A stretch of 64,000 bases of DNA, from positions 64,001-128,000 of the forward strand of contig CAVUCU010000005.1 in NCBI GenBank assembly GCA_963740085.1. Reading direction: 5' to 3'. This document shows positions 59,408-64,000 of this stretch, piece after piece. How positions within the stretch are numbered: position 1 is the first letter of the stretch; each line of letters begins with the position of its first letter. Under the pieces are notes generated by a model. The model had not been told where the DNA came from. It searched no databases and worked only from the letters and a program-made list of their open reading frames with translations. The position numbers and the translations under genes are program-made. This DNA is from Nitrospirota bacterium. GTDB taxonomy: Bacteria > Nitrospirota > UBA9217.

Positions 59408-59761
59408 TGGTGGAGGCGGCGGGAATTGAACCCGCGTCCGAAAACCGTCAGCCGGAAGCTCATACATGCTTATCCCCTCGTTTAAAGCTCTCGCCTCATC
59501 CGGCGCCTTGGGGAAAGCTTCGGAATCAGCCAGCCCGGTTTTTCTTATCTTCCCGCCCCGGACGGAATCGGGAAGACCAGCCTGGTTTTTGACGTTTCTG
59601 CGGCTGTTCAGGCTCCGGTCGCGAAACGCGCTACCTAATTAGGCAGCGAGTGCCAGTTCTTGATTATTGGCAGTTGATCTTTACCATGTGTTTAACGAGC
59701 CCCATGGTACCTCGGCATGCAACTCCTGACCTCTGAATCCCCGTCGAAGCCTGTCGCCCCC
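59408..59761 (-). ncRNA. ssrA: tmRNA, tag peptide ANNQELALAA* (59671-59639)
   Basis: 5' GGGGGCGACAGGCTTCGACGGGG; 3' GGTTCAATTCCCGCCGCCTCCACCA; tag ends LAA-TAA. Confidence 0.96.
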
Positions 59762-59774
59762 CTTTGTTGGAATA

Positions 59775-59839
59775 ATTTCTAAATTCGAAATCCGAAGCGC
59801 TATGTGGTTTAGGATTTAGAAATTAGGATTTCGTGCTTG
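59775..59839. repeat. 7-nt periodic inverted repeat in the ssrA leader
   Basis: TTCTAAATTCGAAATCCGAAGC ... GTTTAGGATTTAGAAATTAGGATTTCGTGCTTG. Confidence 0.75.
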
Positions 59840-59852
59840 CAGTTATAGTACC

Positions 59853-60167
59853 TTATTCGTCCCCGCGATTCAACACCCTTCTCACTTCCGCATGGTCAAT
59901 ACCGCTGATTCGAACAACCTTTTCCCTGGACGTGTGGCCGGAAACGATCTCAACATGGGATTTGGGGATGGACAGGGTATCGGCGAGGAACTTCACTAAC
60001 GCCTCATTTGCAGCGCCGTCGACCGGCGGAGCGGTGAGTCTGATCTTGAGCCCGCCGTTCGCCATCGCGACGAACTCGTTCTTCGATGCTCGGGGCTGAA
60101 TTCGTATTGAGAGAGTGACCGGCACCGCCGGTGTTTTATTCCTGGGTGGGCTTTTCTTCGGCGACAC
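59853..60167 (-). CDS. yggU: DUF167 (YggU/UPF0235) protein
   Basis: IQPRAS, LTAPPVDGAAN, GHTSREK. Confidence 0.9.
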   Translation of the reverse strand: MSPKKSPPRNKTPAVPVTLSIRIQPRASKNEFVAMANGGLKIRLTAPPVDGAANEALVKFLADTLSIPKSHVEIVSGHTSREKVVRISGIDHAEVRRVLNRGDE

Positions 60168-60627
60168 CGCCGGCCTCCTCGAAGGTGACCATCTCCTGGT
60201 GCATCTCGATGACCTTTTTGACGTCCTGCAGGAAGTGATGCTTCCGGCGCTTCAGTTCCTGGATATCCATATCAAGCTTCGCCTTTTCATCCTGGGCATT
60301 GTTAAGGAGCTGCAGTCTGCGCGCCTCTGCCTCCTTGATAATGGCATCCGCCGCCCTGTTTGCGCTGTCCTTCTGGTCTTCCATAAGCTTCTGGGTCATC
60401 AGCAATGCGTTCTTGACGGTCTCTTCGCGTTCATTCAGTTCACGCAGTCGCTGATCATAGGACTGGCGGAAATCCCGCAGATCCGCTACTTCCCGTACAA
60501 GCGTTTCCATCTCATCCCGCACCAGGTCGAGAAACATCTCGACCTCGGTCCGCTCGTAGCCGCGAAAAACCAGATGGAACCGTTTCTGCTGGATATCGAT
60601 AGGTGTTACCCTGATGTCGCTACTCAT
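60136..60627 (-). CDS. divIVA: DivIVA-domain protein
   Basis: TPIDIQQKRF..FRGYERTEVEMFL plus coiled coil. Confidence 0.9.
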   Translation of the reverse strand: MSSDIRVTPIDIQQKRFHLVFRGYERTEVEMFLDLVRDEMETLVREVADLRDFRQSYDQRLRELNEREETVKNALLMTQKLMEDQKDSANRAADAIIKEAEARRLQLLNNAQDEKAKLDMDIQELKRRKHHFLQDVKKVIEMHQEMVTFEEAGGVAEEKPTQE

Positions 60628-60667
60628 TCCCGTGCCTCCTCAGGCGAGATACCGCATTGCCAAAACT

Positions 60668-60810
60668 TTTCACCGCAGGATGCGGAGAACACAGAGAACT
60701 TTCCGGATTACAAAACAGGAATCTTCTTCTCTGCCTTTTCCCCTTTGACCTCTACAATCATACTTGTCTTCATTCAAGAATTTAAAGTTCTCAGCATCTC
60801 AGCGGCGAAA
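60668..60810. repeat. 9-nt periodic inverted repeat (yggT-divIVA gap)
   Basis: TTTCACCGCAGGATGCGGAGAACACAGAGAAC ... GTTCTCAGCATCTCAGCGGCGAAA. Confidence 0.7.
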
Positions 60811-60866
60811 TCGCATTTCCTTTTTCATAAGACTATTGATACTTCCTGAAAAACATCTCTTCTCAT

Positions 60867-61157
60867 TTATCCCATCGAATATCCAAGGCTCTTGAGGTTG
60901 TTGACCACCGCGTATTGCAGAAAGATAATTACCAGCACCGCGATCAGGGGTGAAAAATCGATTCCCACCTTGTACGGGGGGACCAGCTTGCGGATCGGTC
61001 GCAGCACGGGTTCGGTCATCTTTGTCAGGATCTGGACGATGGGATTGTACGGGTCAGGGCTCACCCACGAAATGAGCGCTCGTATGATGATGACCCACAT
61101 ATAAATATTTAACACGATGTCAAGCACCTTTGCAATACCCAGTATGATATTTCCCAT
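60867..61157 (-). CDS. yggT: YggT family membrane protein
   Basis: SWVSPDPYNPIV..TEPVLRPIR..IDFSP. Confidence 0.93.
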   Translation of the reverse strand: MGNIILGIAKVLDIVLNIYMWVIIIRALISWVSPDPYNPIVQILTKMTEPVLRPIRKLVPPYKVGIDFSPLIAVLVIIFLQYAVVNNLKSLGYSMG

Positions 61158-61177
61158 TACGCCTCCTGAAATTCTTT

Positions 61178-61252
61178 TTGACACTGATTAACACCGATTC
61201 CCAATGATTTAATCCGCTTCTTCATAAGAAAATCCGTGCGCATCCAAGTCAA
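61178..61252. repeat. 10-nt periodic inverted repeat (proC-yggT gap)
   Basis: TTGACACTGATTAACACCGATTCCCAATGATT ... AATCCGCTT..AATCCGTGCGCATCCAAGTCAA. Confidence 0.6.
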
Positions 61253-61256
61253 TTTA

Positions 61257-62066
61257 TTACTTTCCCAGTTCCCTGCTCCTCGCCGTCGCTGCCTCAACAG
61301 CGTTCATAAGCGTCGCGCGGAGCTTTCCCTTTTCAAGGGCGTGAAGACCTTCAATAGTCGTCCCGCCGGGGGACGTGACCATGTCCCTCAGCTTGCCCGG
61401 ATGTTCCTTTGTCTCAAGCACCATCTTGGCCGCGCCGTACACGGTCTGAGCTGCAAGCTCGAGCGCAAGCTGTCGGGGAAGACCCGCTTTTACTCCTGCG
61501 TCGGACAAAGCGTCGATGATCATGAACACATAAGCCGGCCCGCTGCCCGAGAGCCCGGTCACGGCATCCATGAGTTTTTCCTCTACGATCACCGCTCTAC
61601 CCACTGAGTTGAAAATACTCTGCGCCAGAGCAAGATCATCACTCGTCGCGTTCTTCCCGCCCGCAATCGCTGCCGCGCCCGCAAGCACCAGCGCAGGCGT
61701 GTTCGGCATTACGCGCACCACATGAGAACTCCCCTTCAATGCTTTTTCAATCTTGGCGAGTACGATGCCCGCGGCGATGGAGATAACGAGCTTCCTGTCG
61801 TCTACAACAGAGGTTATCTCTACGAGAACCCGTTCGATCACCTGCGGTTTCACGCTCAGAATAATGATATCAGCCTCACGCGCGGCCTCAATGTTGCCCT
61901 TCGGTAGAATACCATAGGTCTTAAGGAGATGCGCAAGCCTGTCGGCAGATACGTCGGCGACCAGGATGTGATCCGGTTTTGACGCACCTCCCGCGATCAA
62001 ACCCTTGATGAGCGCCTCGGCCATGTTCCCGCCGCCAAGAAATGCGATCTTTTTATCTGTCAACAT
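61257..62066 (-). CDS. proC: Pyrroline-5-carboxylate reductase
   Basis: GGGNMA, RVMPNTP, SGSGPAY, SPGGTT. Confidence 0.97.
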   Translation of the reverse strand: MLTDKKIAFLGGGNMAEALIKGLIAGGASKPDHILVADVSADRLAHLLKTYGILPKGNIEAAREADIIILSVKPQVIERVLVEITSVVDDRKLVISIAAGIVLAKIEKALKGSSHVVRVMPNTPALVLAGAAAIAGGKNATSDDLALAQSIFNSVGRAVIVEEKLMDAVTGLSGSGPAYVFMIIDALSDAGVKAGLPRQLALELAAQTVYGAAKMVLETKEHPGKLRDMVTSPGGTTIEGLHALEKGKLRATLMNAVEAATARSRELGK

Positions 62067-62094
62067 GAGACCTCCAATAGCCAGAACCACATAT

Positions 62095-62195
62095 GCCACG
62101 AAGACTCAAAGGCACGAAGAAATTCATACAGAGGTTTGTGCTTTACCAAATACTTAATTCTTCATGTTTTCTTTGAGTCTTGGAGCCTTCGTGGC
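62095..62195. repeat. 8-nt periodic inverted repeat (yggS-proC gap)
   Basis: GCCACGAAGACTCAAAGGCACGAAGA ... TCTTTGAGTCTTGGAGCCTTCGTGGC. Confidence 0.78.
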
Positions 62196-62248
62196 TGAAT
62201 TTGGTTTCCCGTTCGATTTATAACTGTCTGACTCCGAACTCAATTCGT

Positions 62249-62935
62249 TTAAATTCTCTCCCCGAATATCGCCGTACCCACGCGAACCATGGTAGCGCCT
62301 TCTTCGATTGCAACCTCAAAATCGCCGCTCATGCCCATGGACAATTCCTTCATAAATGCGTTCGGGATATTCTCCCTTGCCAGACTCTCAGCCAGTTCTC
62401 GCAGAACGCAAAAATAAGGCCGCGAATCTTCACGCTTCTCCGAGAATGGCGGAACGGTCATCAGGCCTTGAACGGTTATACTGCGAAGTTTCGCTATCTC
62501 CCTCACCAGTGCCGGGGCGTTTTTTACCGCCATGCCGGCCTTACTCGCCTCTCCTGCGATGTTCACTTCGACCAGAACGTTCTGTACCTTTCCGATCTTC
62601 GCGGCCTGCTTATCGATCTCCATGGCGAGTTCCAGCTTGTCCACGGAATGGATCAGGTCAAAAAGCTTCACCGCGTGCCTGGCCTTGTTCGACTGGAGGT
62701 GGCCGATCAAATGCCAGCTTGCGATTGCGCCGAGATTTTTGATCTTCTCCTTCGCTTCCTGTACACGATTCTCGCCGAGGATCGTTGCCCCCGCATCGAC
62801 AGCCTCTTTGATCCGCTCACTATCAATGGTTTTAGTCACAACAACAAGTCTGACGGACGCCGGATCGCGAGCTGCACGCTTCGCAGCGAATGCGATCCTG
62901 TCCATCACCGTCCTGATGTTTTCCGCAATTGACAT
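62249..62935 (-). CDS. yggS: PLP homeostasis protein, YggS family
   Basis: GENRVQE, WHLIGHLQSNK, LSMGMSGD, VRVGTAIFG. Confidence 0.96.
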   Translation of the reverse strand: MSIAENIRTVMDRIAFAAKRAARDPASVRLVVVTKTIDSERIKEAVDAGATILGENRVQEAKEKIKNLGAIASWHLIGHLQSNKARHAVKLFDLIHSVDKLELAMEIDKQAAKIGKVQNVLVEVNIAGEASKAGMAVKNAPALVREIAKLRSITVQGLMTVPPFSEKREDSRPYFCVLRELAESLARENIPNAFMKELSMGMSGDFEVAIEEGATMVRVGTAIFGERI

Positions 62936-62970
62936 AAACTCGTACACCACTAAGACACAGGCATGATGAA

Positions 62971-63072
62971 GGCAAAATGGAAAGTGCAAAATGCAAAAGT
63001 CAAAGTTAATGGATAAAAATCATCGCCCTGGACCATACAGCAATTTTACACTTTGCATTTTGCAATTTGCCT
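62971..63072. repeat. 7-nt periodic inverted repeat (pgeF-yggS gap)
   Basis: GGCAAAATGGAAAGTGCAAAATGCAAAAGTCAAA ... TTTTACACTTTGCATTTTGCAATTTGCC. Confidence 0.8.
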
Positions 63073-63110
63073 TGCTCATTGCCTTTGCCGCGTCTTTATG
63101 GCGGAAAGCC

Positions 63111-63899
63111 TCAGGGTTTTATCATGATTACCGACAGCATCCTGCCGGTCCTGCCCTCGGCGCGGAAGGAATAGAACAGGTCACGCCTGCATGACGTGCA
63201 AAGTCCGAGCGCATGCACATTCTGTTCAGCCAGGCCGATCTGCAGCAGCTCCAGTTTGTTTGCCTTTACCAGGTCGAGACTCCAGCGGTCATTCCCGCGC
63301 GGAAGGGCGACCTCGTTCCAGAACGAAAAGGCATCTCTCACCCGTCCTATCACGGGTTCGTCCACCTCGTAGCATTCGGGCCCAATGGCCGGTCCGATCG
63401 CCGCGATCAACCGCGAAGGTTCTGATCCAAATTCCTCGTGCATCCGGTGTACGGCCTTCTGAACGATCTTTTTTACGGTACTCTTCCAGCCTGCATGCAC
63501 AGCGGCCACCGCGGGCTTCATTGGATCGAACAGCAGGACCGGCACGCAGTCAGCGGTCTCGACCGCGATGGCAATCCCCGGCACATCGGTTATCAGGGCG
63601 TCGGCATGAACATTCCGGACACCCCGGACGTTCAGGTCATTCACCGTGACAATATTTTCACCGTGCACCTGGTCCACGGTCACTACCCGCTCAATACAGA
63701 TCCCGAACGCGCTTGCTACCGCTTTCCAGTCATCCGGATGCCTGATGCCGGTGTTCCTTGCTCCCAGCCCGCCCTGTCGTGTGGTAAAGGCATGGATTAT
63801 CCCGGTTGCCTTGTCGAGCGCGGGGATCGAAACGAATTCATTATCCCTGACCTTGCCGGGAAGGGCGCATTTTTTATGTTGTCGTTTGGCGGTAGTCAT
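63111..63899 (-). CDS. pgeF: Peptidoglycan editing factor PgeF / YfiH (laccase-like domain)
   Basis: QVHG, TADCVPV, HAGWK, GPAIGPECYEV, YSFR. Confidence 0.93.
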   Translation of the reverse strand: MTTAKRQHKKCALPGKVRDNEFVSIPALDKATGIIHAFTTRQGGLGARNTGIRHPDDWKAVASAFGICIERVVTVDQVHGENIVTVNDLNVRGVRNVHADALITDVPGIAIAVETADCVPVLLFDPMKPAVAAVHAGWKSTVKKIVQKAVHRMHEEFGSEPSRLIAAIGPAIGPECYEVDEPVIGRVRDAFSFWNEVALPRGNDRWSLDLVKANKLELLQIGLAEQNVHALGLCTSCRRDLFYSFRAEGRTGRMLSVIMIKP

Positions 63900-64000
63900 T
63901 GATGATCGATACAAAATCGTATTATGTACATACTCCACAGGTCTTGCACGAGCCCACCTTGCACGGCGGCGTAAATTTTTCCTCGAGCGCCCGCTGATGC

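Overview
Bacterial chromosome window, probably from a Nitrospirota- or deltaproteobacteria-like organism (inferred from gene content and 16S character, not from a database search). Almost all genes are on the minus strand. Housekeeping content: gap-pgk-tpiA-secG, a full rrn operon (16S, tRNA-Ile, tRNA-Ala, 23S, 5S), tyrS, ribF, hsp20 and hrcA-grpE-dnaK-dnaJ with two CIRCE boxes, fadE, tmRNA, and pgeF-yggS-proC-yggT-divIVA-yggU. There are also several signalling genes (hybrid kinases and two CheB/CheR fusions). The assembly is error-prone: even dnaK is frameshifted, and about 9.3-12.2 kb and 13.4-14.0 kb are base-dropout or homopolymer junk. Most notable: (1) a complete IS110 element (3825-5232) whose ends, CT core, circle-junction promoter and bridge-RNA target and donor guides can be read directly from the sequence; (2) a RAYT-like HUH transposase gene bracketed by a perfect 25-bp inverted repeat that sits at the breakpoint of a truncated rluA copy; (3) an orphan DUF1566 gene with a DGR-type variable region but no template or reverse transcriptase in the window; (4) about 15 gene-less hairpins built from degenerate 7-10-nt periodic repeats, found in the gaps of housekeeping and rRNA operons.
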